The position numbers and the translations under genes are program-made. A model generated the notes under the pieces. It saw nothing but the letters and a program-made list of their open reading frames with translations. It ran no database searches and was not told the origin of the DNA. A DNA stretch of 32,000 nt from Candidatus Helarchaeota ASGARD archaeon Hel_GB_B (GTDB lineage: Archaea > Asgardarchaeota > Lokiarchaeia > Helarchaeales > HEL-GB-B), in assembly GCA_005191425.1 (NCBI GenBank), contig SUPR01000033.1, positions 1 to 32,000 on the forward strand, given 5' to 3'. Position 1 is the stretch's first letter, and each line of letters starts with the position of its first letter. Shown piece after piece: positions 1 to 10,617 of the stretch.

Positions 1-126
1 TAAAAAAAGCAGTCCCGAAAGCTTTTGATAAAGTGGACGGGATAGAGGCGTTTGGGGTCACGCCAGTATCTGTTCGTATTGAATAGATATAAAATTTATT
101 CTCCTATTATTAGCATAGGAAAATGA

Positions 127-309
127 ATAAACCCTGTCGCTTTAGAAATTATTTATACATTAATAGCACTAGTGCCAGGACTATCTTCGGGAGATTCAGT
201 AGCTCATGCAGCGCACCTTGGAGGTTTCATAGGAGGACTTCTATTTACCTATCTCTTTAAGATTTTCAATAAAAAACAATATATTAGAATTAAAAGTCTA
301 GAAGTCTAA
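127..309 (+). pseudogene. C-terminal remnant of a rhomboid-family intramembrane protease (truncated or frameshifted)
   Basis: My manual translation of an open frame after TGA 124-126 gives INPVALEIIYTLIALVPGLSSGDSVAHAAHLGGFIGGLLFTYLFKIFNKKQYIRIKSLEV*, with the rhomboid-like AHxxHLGG TM6 signature. There is no ATG in frame, and upstream coding-like pieces lie in other frames. Confidence 0.5.
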
Positions 310-544
310 TGTTTTTTCAATTTTTTTATTCTTTTTATTAAATCTAAGTAAGCGCTTCTATTTAATGATAAATTCTATCAAAGATTTATTGTATTAGTTA
401 TAATTATTATCTTTATCCTCAAAACATTTTTTTTTTCACAATATTACTTAAAATCGTTTAATTTACTTCAATTTATATTTCTTATAATATCTAGATAATA
501 CTCTGATTTTAATTGACTTACTCATTATTTATACCAAAAAAAAG

Positions 545-754
545 GTGAATTTGTTGTATAAAATGAGTGATTATGAGGCAGGATTAAATCGGGCAAAAAA
601 ATTTGCTATTAGGTCGATTAAAAGGAATGATTTGGATGCAATGGACAGGACATTTGAAGAAATAATTGAAATGTGTATTCAATTGAGAGATATTGAAAAA
701 GCATTAGAAATTAAAAAAGAACTATGTTCGTATTTAAAATCAATAAAAAATTAA
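545..754 (+). CDS. small helical hypothetical protein; ATG at 563 (MSDYEAGLNRAKK...) is an alternative start
   Basis: 69-aa ORF; AAAGGTGA Shine-Dalgarno-like stretch just upstream; no recognised family. Confidence 0.5.
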   Translation: MNLLYKMSDYEAGLNRAKKFAIRSIKRNDLDAMDRTFEEIIEMCIQLRDIEKALEIKKELCSYLKSIKN

Positions 755-1299
755 ACACTTATATCTTTTTTAGAATAGTAATTCAATGCATAAATAAATC
801 CAATGAATAAAATTGAAAAATCAATTATCCAAACAATAAAATCTGGTAAATATATCGCTAATTGAATGCTATCTTCAAAAAATGGATATAATAAATTGAC
901 AAAATGATATGGAGAAAGTCCTAAATAAATACTTATATTGCTAATATTAATAATTGGGTGGATTATATCTAAACTCAAATGGATAAAAATTGAAAATATT
1001 AAAATAAATACTTCTTTAATTTTGCTTATAAATAAAGATACAACAAATATACCAATTGAGGCGCCAGTCCAAATTAAAAATGAATGGCTTAAAAAATAAT
1101 AATTGATATAAAATTGTCCTGCGGAAAATGCTTGTAATATGAAATTATAAATCCAAAGTGAAATCAATAATATATCCGGTAAATATAGACCTATTAAAAT
1201 AAGAAAATATTGGGTTTTTTTAAATTTGATTTTCATCAATAAGCTAATTCCAAATGGAGCAAATAACAACTTATGACCAACCTTTTTTATGTAATTCAA
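751..1299 (-). CDS. multi-pass membrane protein, possibly YdjM-like (membrane-bound metal-dependent hydrolase family)
   Basis: 182 aa with several hydrophobic segments; PD (YLPDILL), HS (LSHSFLIW) and HLxLDxxHP (IHLSLDIIHP) motifs typical of that family. Family call is tentative. Confidence 0.5.
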   Translation of the reverse strand: MNYIKKVGHKLLFAPFGISLLMKIKFKKTQYFLILIGLYLPDILLISLWIYNFILQAFSAGQFYINYYFLSHSFLIWTGASIGIFVVSLFISKIKEVFILIFSIFIHLSLDIIHPIINISNISIYLGLSPYHFVNLLYPFFEDSIQLAIYLPDFIVWIIDFSILFIGFIYALNYYSKKDISV

Positions 1300-1551
1300 A
1301 TTCGAGAGAATTTATTTAAATGAAATTTCTTCCCTAATTTAAATATATTATTTTTTCTTTGTACCTATCTATAAGAATTTAAATGAACTTTAATTAAATA
1401 ATCAATTTATTTAGACCATATTTTATTGGAAAAGGTCTGTATAGACCATATTTACTTAGTAAGTATAAATACCAATAGTATCATAAACATTTTATATAAT
1501 GAAAAAAGATTAATTTTTGTATTAAAAAATTATTAATTTGAAGGACACAAA

Positions 1552-1761
1552 ATGGAAAATCTTTATGATTTAAAGGACATATTACAAAATCTAATGGAAG
1601 ATCTTGAGGAAGAGATTGCTGATTGTAAAATGTTATTAGCGAATGAATTATATGATAATATTGCAGATAAAATTGCGACGCTTACAGATTCTCTTGAAGC
1701 TGCAAAAGCTATTTCTGTGGCATTAAAAAATTATCAACATTTGTTTGGTGTAGGTGCCTAA
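1552..1761 (+). CDS. small acidic helical hypothetical protein
   Basis: 69-aa ORF preceded by a GAAGGA-like ribosome-binding stretch (ttgaaggacacaaaatg). Confidence 0.55.
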   Translation: MENLYDLKDILQNLMEDLEEEIADCKMLLANELYDNIADKIATLTDSLEAAKAISVALKNYQHLFGVGA

Positions 1762-1821
1762 TTAGATTTTAATAAATTCTTTTTTTCTTAAGTTATTTTA
1801 TGAGAAAATTAAATAAATAAT

Positions 1822-2907
1822 TTAATGATATGAATAAGACCCTAAAATCTTTAAAAATAGTGTTTTTTTCTTGATTTCATTGAGAGCATTTTGTACTATA
1901 GCGTCAGTTTCACTTCCGTTAAAATCTGTAAAGAAATAATATTCCCATGGATTTTTTCTACTTGGTCGAGATTCTAATTTTAAGAGGTTAATCTTTTTTT
2001 CTTCGAAGACTTTTAGTACATTAACTAGAGCGCCAGGTTCATGTTTTACTGAAAATATTATTGAAGTTTTTTTAGGGTTATCGGAATCAATAGATTTATT
2101 TCCGATGATTAAAAAGCGAGTATAATTATTAGGGTTGTCCTCAATTCCAGAATATAAGATTTGCATATTATACAAATCTGCAGCAGTTGATGTCCCAATT
2201 GCAACGCTATATGGGACTTCAGAAAGCATTTTAACAGCTGTTGCAGTGCTTTTAACTTCGAGTATTTTAGCTTGAGATAAATGGTCTTCAATAAATGATC
2301 TACATTGCCCAAGTGGTTGGGGATGAGATATTACATATTGGATCTCATTTAAATTATAGTTAAACTGACCAATTAAATTATGAGTTATCCGTTCAATTAT
2401 TTCACCACATACTTTCAATGGAGTTTCAATAAGAAGGTCTAATGATTGAGAAACAGGGCCTTCCATTGAATTTTCAACCGGAATTACGCCATATTCTGCG
2501 TTATTATTTTGTACTTGCCTAAATATACTAGAAATTGTTTTACATGGATAAAATTCATGGTCATTTCTTGTAAAAAATTTTTTAGTAGCATATTCCGAAA
2601 ATGTCCCTTCAGGCCCCAAATAAGCAATGATACTTTTAGGTTGTTGCAATGCCCTATTTGCGGAAATTATTTCTTTATATATACTTTTAACTGCTTCTTG
2701 TGATATATTTTCTAATTTCATTTTAGAGATTTTATTGTAAATATTTTTTTCTCTGGCTTGGTCAATTATCGGGATATTGTGTTCTTTCTTAACTATTGCA
2801 ATTTCTTTTACGATTTTTGCCCTTTGGTCCAATAATTTACAAATATCTTGGTCAATGATATCTATTTTTTTCCGTAATTCATCTAATTCTTTGCTCAAAA
2901 TAATCAC
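1822..2907 (-). CDS. pheA: bifunctional chorismate mutase / prephenate dehydratase with C-terminal ACT domain (P-protein)
   Basis: N-terminal LRKKIDIIDQDICKLLDQRAKIVKEI (AroQ chorismate mutase); IAYLGPEGTFSEYA and GVIPVENSMEG (prephenate dehydratase); HEPGALVNVLKVFEEKKINLLKLESRPSR (ACT, ESRP). Confidence 0.95.
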   Translation of the reverse strand: MIILSKELDELRKKIDIIDQDICKLLDQRAKIVKEIAIVKKEHNIPIIDQAREKNIYNKISKMKLENISQEAVKSIYKEIISANRALQQPKSIIAYLGPEGTFSEYATKKFFTRNDHEFYPCKTISSIFRQVQNNNAEYGVIPVENSMEGPVSQSLDLLIETPLKVCGEIIERITHNLIGQFNYNLNEIQYVISHPQPLGQCRSFIEDHLSQAKILEVKSTATAVKMLSEVPYSVAIGTSTAADLYNMQILYSGIEDNPNNYTRFLIIGNKSIDSDNPKKTSIIFSVKHEPGALVNVLKVFEEKKINLLKLESRPSRKNPWEYYFFTDFNGSETDAIVQNALNEIKKKTLFLKILGSYSYH

Positions 2908-3206
2908 TATTTAAAAATTCATAATTATTATTTATAAATATAATATGTTAAGGAAAATGCTTTAGGTTATGTAATAGGTATATTTTAAGGCTAAGATGAT
3001 AAAAATTTTTATTCATTAGAGGGATATTCATACAATTAATACGAAAAACTAATAGTTTTATTTTATTTTATTTTTAATACTGTCGGTCAGTAATGTTTTT
3101 TAAAAATTGATTTACTGGAGAATATATTTTTATAAACTAAAAATTTCAAAAAATATTTGCTAAATTCAACTTTAGTCAAAATTACTTTTTAGAGAATTTC
3201 ATTAAT

Positions 3207-3665
3207 TTATCTTATTGGTTTTTCCTTTTTCCCTATAATTAAAGCATTTAGAGATATTCCATTAACTTTAACTACTTTCCATCTTACACCAGGTAAATCT
3301 CCGATAGACCTGCCTTTTGACCCACCAATACCTTCTACTAATACTTCATCATGTTCATCTACATAATTAAGTGCACCATCACCCGGTAAGAAAGCAGTTA
3401 TTTGTTTTCCAGTAGCCACAAGTTGTATTCTTACACATTTTCTTATAGCACTATTTGGTTGCTTGGATTCAATTCCAACTTTTTCTATTACAATTCCTCG
3501 AGCTTGGGGGGCACCTCTTAATGGGTCAGTTTTAATGTCTAACCTTAAAGTCCTTCTTTTATAATTAATATCATGCCATCTGAATTTTTTTCTACGTTTT
3601 TTTAACTGGCGGCCTGCAAACTCGCCCCGTGGTGATTTTGATCTTCCGATTTTTGACACATCCAT
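3207..3665 (-). CDS. rps12: small ribosomal subunit protein uS12 (archaeal S12)
   Basis: [26 protein letters not shown]...[14 protein letters not shown]...[21 protein letters not shown]. Confidence 0.97.
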   Translation of the reverse strand: MDVSKIGRSKSPRGEFAGRQLKKRRKKFRWHDINYKRRTLRLDIKTDPLRGAPQARGIVIEKVGIESKQPNSAIRKCVRIQLVATGKQITAFLPGDGALNYVDEHDEVLVEGIGGSKGRSIGDLPGVRWKVVKVNGISLNALIIGKKEKPIR

Positions 3666-4200
3666 TAAATTTGTTTATATTATATTTAACTTCACATTTT
3701 AAATTGAAATTAATTAAGATAAGTTCATCATATAAAACCTTAAAAATTTTTCACTTTACAAAAAATAAAAGTTTTTGACCTATTAATTTATTGCTTGAAT
3801 CTATAGCGAGTTTTAAGTTTTTATGATAAAGCAAAATACAAGTAATTTTATTAATGAGAAAATTAGAAATGTATACTTAAATTATGGTTATTAATTCTTT
3901 ATATTTTAGAATGATATACTAAAAAAGATATGTATTGTCAATCTTTATCATAAATAAGTTTCATTAAATTTAAACAAGATTTTCTTATAAATTCTCACTA
4001 AATACATAAAGCATTTTAGTTTTTTTAATGCAGATATTTTATGAATAAATAAACCCAAAATTTTTAATCCAATTTTTAGATATTCACATTAACAAATTTT
4101 TAAAAGAAAAAAGTAAAAATAAAATGAGCCGGTTTACAACGGAACAAAATGGAATTTAGGACTCCAATTAAAAAATAAAGCAAAATTATGTGAAAAATCC

Positions 4201-5322
4201 ATGCATATAGAAAAATATATTGAGGATATATATACTTGTAATAGGTCCAGGTGTGGCTTTTGTAGAGAAGAATGCCCTACATTTGGAGAGTTTCGGTTTG
4301 AAGCATATAGTTGTAGAGGCAGAATACAAATTGCACGAGGGATAATTGAAAAAAAGGTTCAATTTAGTAAAAATTTACTAGAAGCAATAAATATATGTAC
4401 CACATGTGGGTATTGTGAATATAAATGTGCATTACATAATGTAGAAATTATTGAAGCGTTAAGAGCGGATCTTATTGAAAATGGCTTTAGAAATAGAGAC
4501 CATGAAAAAGCCAAAAATTTTATATTAAAGAGTGGGAATCCAATTAATCAACCCAGGTCCAGCAGGGCTAAATGGGCTGAAAATTTAGAATTTGATAATA
4601 ATTCATCCGAACTTTTTTTTGCAGGGTGTATTTATTCGTATATGTATCCGGAACGTCTAAAGAAGATGATTACAATTTTAAACAAGTTAGGGATTAAATT
4701 TAATTATTTAGGAGAAGAGGAGAATTGTTGTGGAGACTTATTATATACTACGGGTTATTGGAATGAATTTAATCAATTAAAAATTGAGAATGAGAAGCTA
4801 TTCAAGTCGAAAAATATTAAAAAAATAATAACGCCTTGTCCTGGATGTGCCAAAACTTTATTAAAAACATATTCAGAGCAGTCGAATAAAAAATCTGAAT
4901 TTGAAGTTGTCCATATAATCCAATATCTGGACCAATTAATACAAGAAGGAAAATTGCGATTTAAAAAGGAAACAAACCTGAAAGTGACATGGCACGACCC
5001 TTGTGACCTCTCAAGACATTTGAAAATAATTGAAGAACCGAGACGAATTTTAAATAGTATTCCAAGTCTTAAATTGATAGAAATGGAGCATAATAAATAT
5101 AATTCAAAATGTTGTGGCGCAGGTGGGGGTATGTTAAATGCTTATGCGGATATAAGCATGGACATAGCTGAAAAAAGGTTGAGAGAGGCGGAACAGACTG
5201 GTGCAGATTATATAGTTACAAGTTGTCCCACTTGTGAATCTACATTTGAAAAAATTATTCGATATGAAGATTCTGAGATGAAAATTTTAAATATTTTTGA
5301 GTTAATTGAGATGGTAATTTAA
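4201..5322 (+). CDS. (Fe-S)-binding protein with two CCG domains (HdrD/GlcF/LutA-like heterodisulfide reductase-related subunit)
   Basis: Two 4Fe-4S cysteine clusters (CNRSRCGFCREECP; CTTCGYCEYKC), plus CX(n)CCG motifs (NCCGD; KCCGAGGG). Confidence 0.88.
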   Translation: MHIEKYIEDIYTCNRSRCGFCREECPTFGEFRFEAYSCRGRIQIARGIIEKKVQFSKNLLEAINICTTCGYCEYKCALHNVEIIEALRADLIENGFRNRDHEKAKNFILKSGNPINQPRSSRAKWAENLEFDNNSSELFFAGCIYSYMYPERLKKMITILNKLGIKFNYLGEEENCCGDLLYTTGYWNEFNQLKIENEKLFKSKNIKKIITPCPGCAKTLLKTYSEQSNKKSEFEVVHIIQYLDQLIQEGKLRFKKETNLKVTWHDPCDLSRHLKIIEEPRRILNSIPSLKLIEMEHNKYNSKCCGAGGGMLNAYADISMDIAEKRLREAEQTGADYIVTSCPTCESTFEKIIRYEDSEMKILNIFELIEMVI

Positions 5323-5383
5323 TATTCTAATTTCTGATAAATTGGAAAAAAAATATAAATAAGAAATAGGAAATTTTAATTCG

Positions 5384-6376
5384 TTGAGAGTTAATATTTA
5401 TATAGATTCGGGTACTCATATCGAATTAAAGGACTATAGAATAGTTATTGATCCGACAAAAAAGTATGATGATGTTGATCTTGCAATAATATCGCATGCT
5501 CATAGTGATCATTATACTTCATCTATTTTTAAGACAGACTATCCTAAATTAATGAGTTTTGAAACTTTAGAAATTTTAAATTCAAGGATTAGAAAAGAAT
5601 CAAATAAAATAAAAAATTTCCAATTAATTAAAGAAAATGAAACGTTAAAATTTGGTAAAAATAAAGAGGTTAAAATTACAGCTTATAATTCAGGGCATTG
5701 TGTGGGAGGATTAGAATTTTTAATAGAAATTAACGATAGAAAAATAGTTTATACAGGTGACTTTTGTTTAGAAAGCCGTCTCGGGTTTAAAAGAGGTAAA
5801 TTAATTAGAGGGACCGATTTAATAATAGATTCCACCTATTTTGATGAACAATTTCAGTTTCCTCCTAGAAATCAAATATACTCAGATATTTTAAAATGGA
5901 TAAAATCACGTCTAATAGACCAAAATCAAGAGCAATTGATAATATTTGGGAGAAGATTGGGGACATGTCAAGAACTAACAAGGTTATTAAATTTTAGTAC
6001 ATTAAAAAAAGATTATAATTTGTCAATATATACACATCCTTTAGTATATTGGATAAACCAGGTCCATTCAGACTATTACGAGAATTTAGGCGATTATGAA
6101 TATTTGAAAAATCCTTTGAAAAATAAAACAGAATATGGTACAAAAGTAAATAAGGATGGCAAATCAGTTTATATTGCACCGTTCTTTCTTTCTACTAGAA
6201 AGAAAATTGAAAAGTTATTCCCAGATTATAATATCGCTAATTTTGGATTAGTAACAGGGTGGACTATAAGCAATAGATTCTATATTAAAGGTTTTCCTTT
6301 GACTTCCCATGCAGATTATAACCAAATAATGTATTATAAATCCAAAAGTGGAGCTAAGAATGTTTATTTCGTATAA
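5384..6376 (+). CDS. MBL-fold nuclease resembling the DNA-ligase-associated exonuclease / mRNA 3'-end-processing-factor-like family (TTG start)
   Basis: HAHSDHY metal motif, YTGDF, late HADY (TSHADYNQIM), FGRRLGTCQELTRLL. Confidence 0.8.
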   Translation: MRVNIYIDSGTHIELKDYRIVIDPTKKYDDVDLAIISHAHSDHYTSSIFKTDYPKLMSFETLEILNSRIRKESNKIKNFQLIKENETLKFGKNKEVKITAYNSGHCVGGLEFLIEINDRKIVYTGDFCLESRLGFKRGKLIRGTDLIIDSTYFDEQFQFPPRNQIYSDILKWIKSRLIDQNQEQLIIFGRRLGTCQELTRLLNFSTLKKDYNLSIYTHPLVYWINQVHSDYYENLGDYEYLKNPLKNKTEYGTKVNKDGKSVYIAPFFLSTRKKIEKLFPDYNIANFGLVTGWTISNRFYIKGFPLTSHADYNQIMYYKSKSGAKNVYFV

Positions 6377-6392
6377 ATATTAAAATCAAAAA

Positions 6393-7889
6393 TCAACTTT
6401 TAAATTTTGCTTTTTTTTCCGCTTGAAAATTATATAATTCCTTTATATCCTTAAGGGAACTTATTTCATTTACAGATTTGTCATTTCTAATATTTTTAAT
6501 TCTTGCAAACCTTAATGCATAACCGCATTTATATTTTGAACTCTTTTGAATTTCATTAAAAATTACTTCAACTACTATTTCAGGGCGGACAAATACAGTA
6601 TTTTTTATTTGTTTTATTTTTAAATTCAATAATTTATTAGTTAATTCATCAAATTCTTTATCAGTTAAGCCTTTAAAGGTTTTACCGACCATTTTAAATG
6701 ACTTTTGGTCTTTTACTGCTAGGTGATAATTACTGAGCCATTTATAACGACGCCCAGAACCCCAGTCAGCAGCAATAATAACAAGGTCTAGACTATATTC
6801 TTTTTTAAATTTTAACCACTCGTTATTTCTAGTACCTAAATAATATTTACTATTAATTTTTTTAGCAATTATTCCCTCATTGCCTGAACTTATTGATTTT
6901 TGGAAAAAATTATCGATACTATTAAGGTCTGTTTCTATTATTGAGGACGCCATTTCTAGTCCTCGTGAAATTTCGTTCAGTTTGTTTTTCCTCTCTATTA
7001 ATGGTAAATCAATTAATGGATTGCCATTAAGGTATAAAATATCAAAGAAAATGATCTTATATGCATAATTTTCGGAAGAAGATTTAAGATTTTTCTTAAT
7101 TATATCTTGGAATGAAAATGGTCGGTTTAACTTATCTACTTTAATTAATTCTCCGTCCAAAATTACAGTTTTCGCATCAATGAGATGTTGTAAGTTAGAG
7201 ATTAGATTTTTAAAACTATTAGTAATATCATTGAGTTTTCGAGTATATAGTTTGATTTTATTTCCATTTTTATGTAATTGTATTCTAATTCCATCATATT
7301 TGTATTCAAAAATCGTTTGATTAGTATGCTTTTGTAGGATTTCTTGAATACTCGTTGAGATTCTTGCAAGCATTGGTCTGACTGGTGTAAAAACTTGAAT
7401 TTGTATTTTTTTAATTGCATTTATTCCTTCATTTATTGCTTTAAACCCAATTTCTCCAATATTTCCAGAGATCATATATGAATTTCTAAGAAAGTCATAA
7501 TCAATTTTTGATGCCTTTGCAATTGCTTGTAAAATAATACCTTCTGAAGCCCCTAACCTCAAATTTCCAGTAATAATGTTAAACAAATATCTTTTTTCAA
7601 CTTCAGATAATTGCGAAAATAAGCTTAATAATAGTTTTTTCTTTTCTTTTACTGAATCTTTACCTGAAATTTCAGAAATTTGGTGTAATGAGCTGTAAAT
7701 ATCATTGATATAAATTTCTTTTTTAAAAAGGACTTTTTGGTCTTTAAATTGAGTTAATAAATTAACAATCGAATTATAACTTAAATTTAATGGCTTGTTT
7801 GTTTTGTCTATAGAGATTCTTCCATTTAATAGAAGTATAAAATTTTTAATCTCATTTTTATCAAGTTTTAAAAGAAAATTTTTAATCAA
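6393..7889 (-). CDS. lig: ATP-dependent DNA ligase
   Basis: Nucleotidyltransferase motif I EYKYDGIRIQLH; motif-like DGELI, EGIIAKKINSKY, WLKFKKEY; N-terminal archaeal ligase domain. Confidence 0.96.
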   Translation of the reverse strand: MIKNFLLKLDKNEIKNFILLLNGRISIDKTNKPLNLSYNSIVNLLTQFKDQKVLFKKEIYINDIYSSLHQISEISGKDSVKEKKKLLLSLFSQLSEVEKRYLFNIITGNLRLGASEGIILQAIAKASKIDYDFLRNSYMISGNIGEIGFKAINEGINAIKKIQIQVFTPVRPMLARISTSIQEILQKHTNQTIFEYKYDGIRIQLHKNGNKIKLYTRKLNDITNSFKNLISNLQHLIDAKTVILDGELIKVDKLNRPFSFQDIIKKNLKSSSENYAYKIIFFDILYLNGNPLIDLPLIERKNKLNEISRGLEMASSIIETDLNSIDNFFQKSISSGNEGIIAKKINSKYYLGTRNNEWLKFKKEYSLDLVIIAADWGSGRRYKWLSNYHLAVKDQKSFKMVGKTFKGLTDKEFDELTNKLLNLKIKQIKNTVFVRPEIVVEVIFNEIQKSSKYKCGYALRFARIKNIRNDKSVNEISSLKDIKELYNFQAEKKAKFKS

Positions 7890-8110
7890 TTCAACTTTTA
7901 TAGTTTGTTTTGCTTGTTGCTCTAAATCGATGCATAATTTTGTAAAGTCTAAAAATTTAGTAGGAATTTAGATTTCACCAATTAAGAAATTTAATGATTA
8001 AAATATGATATGAACTATTCTAATTTTTTTAATTCGAATAATTACATAAGTTTATTATTTTTAGGATTAAACATCTCTTAAAAATTTATATTAATTAAAT
8101 ATTAATTTGA

Positions 8111-9082
8111 TTAAAATAACTTTAAACCCTTAGGTAAGTTCCCAAAATTCTTTTCAAATCTATCAAAGAAGTTTTCTTTATCAAATAAATGACCTTGTCC
8201 GCCTGCATTCTCCACAATATAAGATCCAACTACGGATCCAACTTTACAACAATCATAAAGATCAATGCTATCGACGATTCCGGATAATAGCCCAGACCGA
8301 TAGCCGTCTCCTGCTCCTGTTGGATCTACAATTTTATTTGGTTTGGCGACACCAATTTCAGATTTTTCACCATTGTCATATAGAATAGACCCTTTTTCGC
8401 CTAACGTAATAATTAATTTTGGAATTTGAGAAATTAATTTGCTTTTAGTATAATTTAAGCGCCTTCTTAATAACTCAAATTCATGTTCATTGACAATAAG
8501 AAAATCAATAGTTTTGACCAATTCATTTAATTTTTCTTGAGAGAATTGACCAATTTGCTGGCCTGGATCAAAAATTTCCGGGATTTTCAGACGTTTTAAT
8601 TGATAATGAAATGATTCCATAGCATTAATAGGATTAGGTGCATTTATAGATATTTTTATATTATCAAATTGAGATATCTTGCGGAATAAATTAATTTTAT
8701 AGGCGTTTTTTAAAGCTCCCGCATAAAAAATAATAATCTGATTCTTATTGGTATCAGCAGTAATATAACAACGAGCCGTAAAATCGTTTTCAGAAACATT
8801 GAACCTTAAATCAACTAATTTCGACTGCAGTATATTGGGATAGTTAGTCTGAAAAAAATCTTTACCAACGCTTGAAATACTGATCGAGTGCCTTTTCAAA
8901 AGACCGAGACTATAACAAATATTTCCAGCAGTCCCACCATATCTTATTTGATGCGAATCGACTACTAATGCCATTTGCATATTTGTTTTGTTGTCTGATA
9001 CAATTTGATTTAAAAAAAGGTCATTAAATTGCATGATATAATCAAAAGCAATAGACCCAAGAACGAGAATATTATTCCTCAA
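8111..9082 (-). CDS. PfkB-family sugar/nucleoside kinase
   Basis: YGGTAGNICYSLGLL at the N-terminus and DPTGAGDGYRSGLLSG at the C-terminus (PfkB signature 2). Confidence 0.9.
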   Translation of the reverse strand: MRNNILVLGSIAFDYIMQFNDLFLNQIVSDNKTNMQMALVVDSHQIRYGGTAGNICYSLGLLKRHSISISSVGKDFFQTNYPNILQSKLVDLRFNVSENDFTARCYITADTNKNQIIIFYAGALKNAYKINLFRKISQFDNIKISINAPNPINAMESFHYQLKRLKIPEIFDPGQQIGQFSQEKLNELVKTIDFLIVNEHEFELLRRRLNYTKSKLISQIPKLIITLGEKGSILYDNGEKSEIGVAKPNKIVDPTGAGDGYRSGLLSGIVDSIDLYDCCKVGSVVGSYIVENAGGQGHLFDKENFFDRFEKNFGNLPKGLKLF

Positions 9083-9142
9083 CTATGTCATATCCAAATT
9101 TTTTAAATTAAAAGGTCGAATCAGTTTTAAAATTAATATAAA

Positions 9143-9577
9143 TTATTTTATAATAACATCGGTAATATTGAAATGCCTTTTTGCAAGCATTCTAGCTTTA
9201 GCGATATTTCGACCATTTTTACCAATTGCAATTCCTCTATCTCTACTATCTACATAGATATTTGCAATTTGTTTATTGTCCCGAGAATTATTTATAATTA
9301 TATTCTTTACTCGAGCCGGCGCCAAAGTGTTTTTTAAAAATTCTTCAGCGTTCGGGGCATATTCAACTACATCAATAGTTTTCTTTAAAAATTCACGAGC
9401 TCTTCTAATATTGGCACCTTTTTTACCAATTGCAAGTGCAATATTTCCCGGATTTACTACAAAAACTATTCGGTCATCATCTTCATCGATTATACAATCT
9501 CTTACAGATGATCCTGTTATACTTTCAAAAATCGATATAAATCGAATCTCATTTCCACCAAGTTTAATGCTGGCCAA
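9143..9577 (-). CDS. nusA: NusA-like transcription factor (tandem KH domains)
   Basis: VNPGNIALAIGKKGANIRRAREFLKK and DSRDRGIAIGKNGRNIAKARMLAKR; located between the eL30 gene and the uS12 region, as in archaeal RNAP clusters. Confidence 0.92.
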   Translation of the reverse strand: MASIKLGGNEIRFISIFESITGSSVRDCIIDEDDDRIVFVVNPGNIALAIGKKGANIRRAREFLKKTIDVVEYAPNAEEFLKNTLAPARVKNIIINNSRDNKQIANIYVDSRDRGIAIGKNGRNIAKARMLAKRHFNITDVIIK

Positions 9578-9874
9578 TGTATTTTTACTCCAATTCCTTA
9601 AATTTTTTTATAAATAAATTACCAATTTGTTTATTTTTTTTAAATAACTTAAATTTTGATATTTAAAATTCTTTATGATACACATTTCTATTTTTTATCT
9701 TTAATAGGATATATAAAAAATATTCCATATTACTTTTTTATTAGTATTCGTTTTATAAATTAACAATGATTCTGACAAATTCTTCATAAAGTTTTAGAGA
9801 TTGTTACGAATATTTTCATAATAAATTACGAAATTATATTTTTAAATTTACTCATTTTTTTTAGGACATGGAAA

Positions 9875-10213
9875 TTATTCATTTTTTTCCAATAATTTTG
9901 TTATATCTGAGTCACCTTCAGATATTATCCCTAAAACTGAAATCATATAAGGTTTACCGCATAAAAAACCTAAATCTAAGCTTGATCCTTTGAACTCATA
10001 AATATCTATTTTTGGTTCAAATTCGTTACAATATTTGTAGATATCAGATGCGATATGGTCAGGACAATTACTTGCCTTAATGACCATTCTGACATTACCT
10101 TGTTTTATTGCTTTCAATGAGCGCTTACTACCAATAATTACTTTACCAGTCTTTAAGGTGATTCTAAGTGCGTTTTCTAAGTTAATGCTAGAATTTTGAC
10201 TCATAATATTCAC
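9875..10213 (-). CDS. rpl30e: large ribosomal subunit protein eL30
   Basis: NALRITLKTGKVIIGSKRSLKAIKQGNVRMVIKASNCP...DIYEFKGSSLDLGFLCGKPYMISVLGI; adjacent to rpoA. Confidence 0.93.
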   Translation of the reverse strand: MNIMSQNSSINLENALRITLKTGKVIIGSKRSLKAIKQGNVRMVIKASNCPDHIASDIYKYCNEFEPKIDIYEFKGSSLDLGFLCGKPYMISVLGIISEGDSDITKLLEKNE

Positions 10214-10617
10214 ATTTTGTTAATTTTAAATAAATGTCAATTAAATTACTTGATTTTTAAATTTTTAAATAGAATATTTTTGAATTTTATTACAAGATTA
10301 TCATTATTAAAGTTTTATTTCAATTTGATAAAATTGTAATCATTCTAAAAAATTTTTCTGAAATTATTTAGATTTTGAATTTTAGATAAATTTTAATGGT
10401 TAGTATAAATTATAAAGAACAATTTAGGTTATAATTATTTCTAATGTATGAATTAGCATAATTAAAATTTATCTATCAACCAGTTTTAAAGGATCATTAT
10501 GTTAAGTATTTTAAACGTTGATTTTAGGTCAAATATAAGTAGTATTGAAATATAAAAAGCAAAATCATTTTAAAAAATATAAGAAAAAAGTTATGAGAAA
10601 ATATTTGACCAAAAAAC

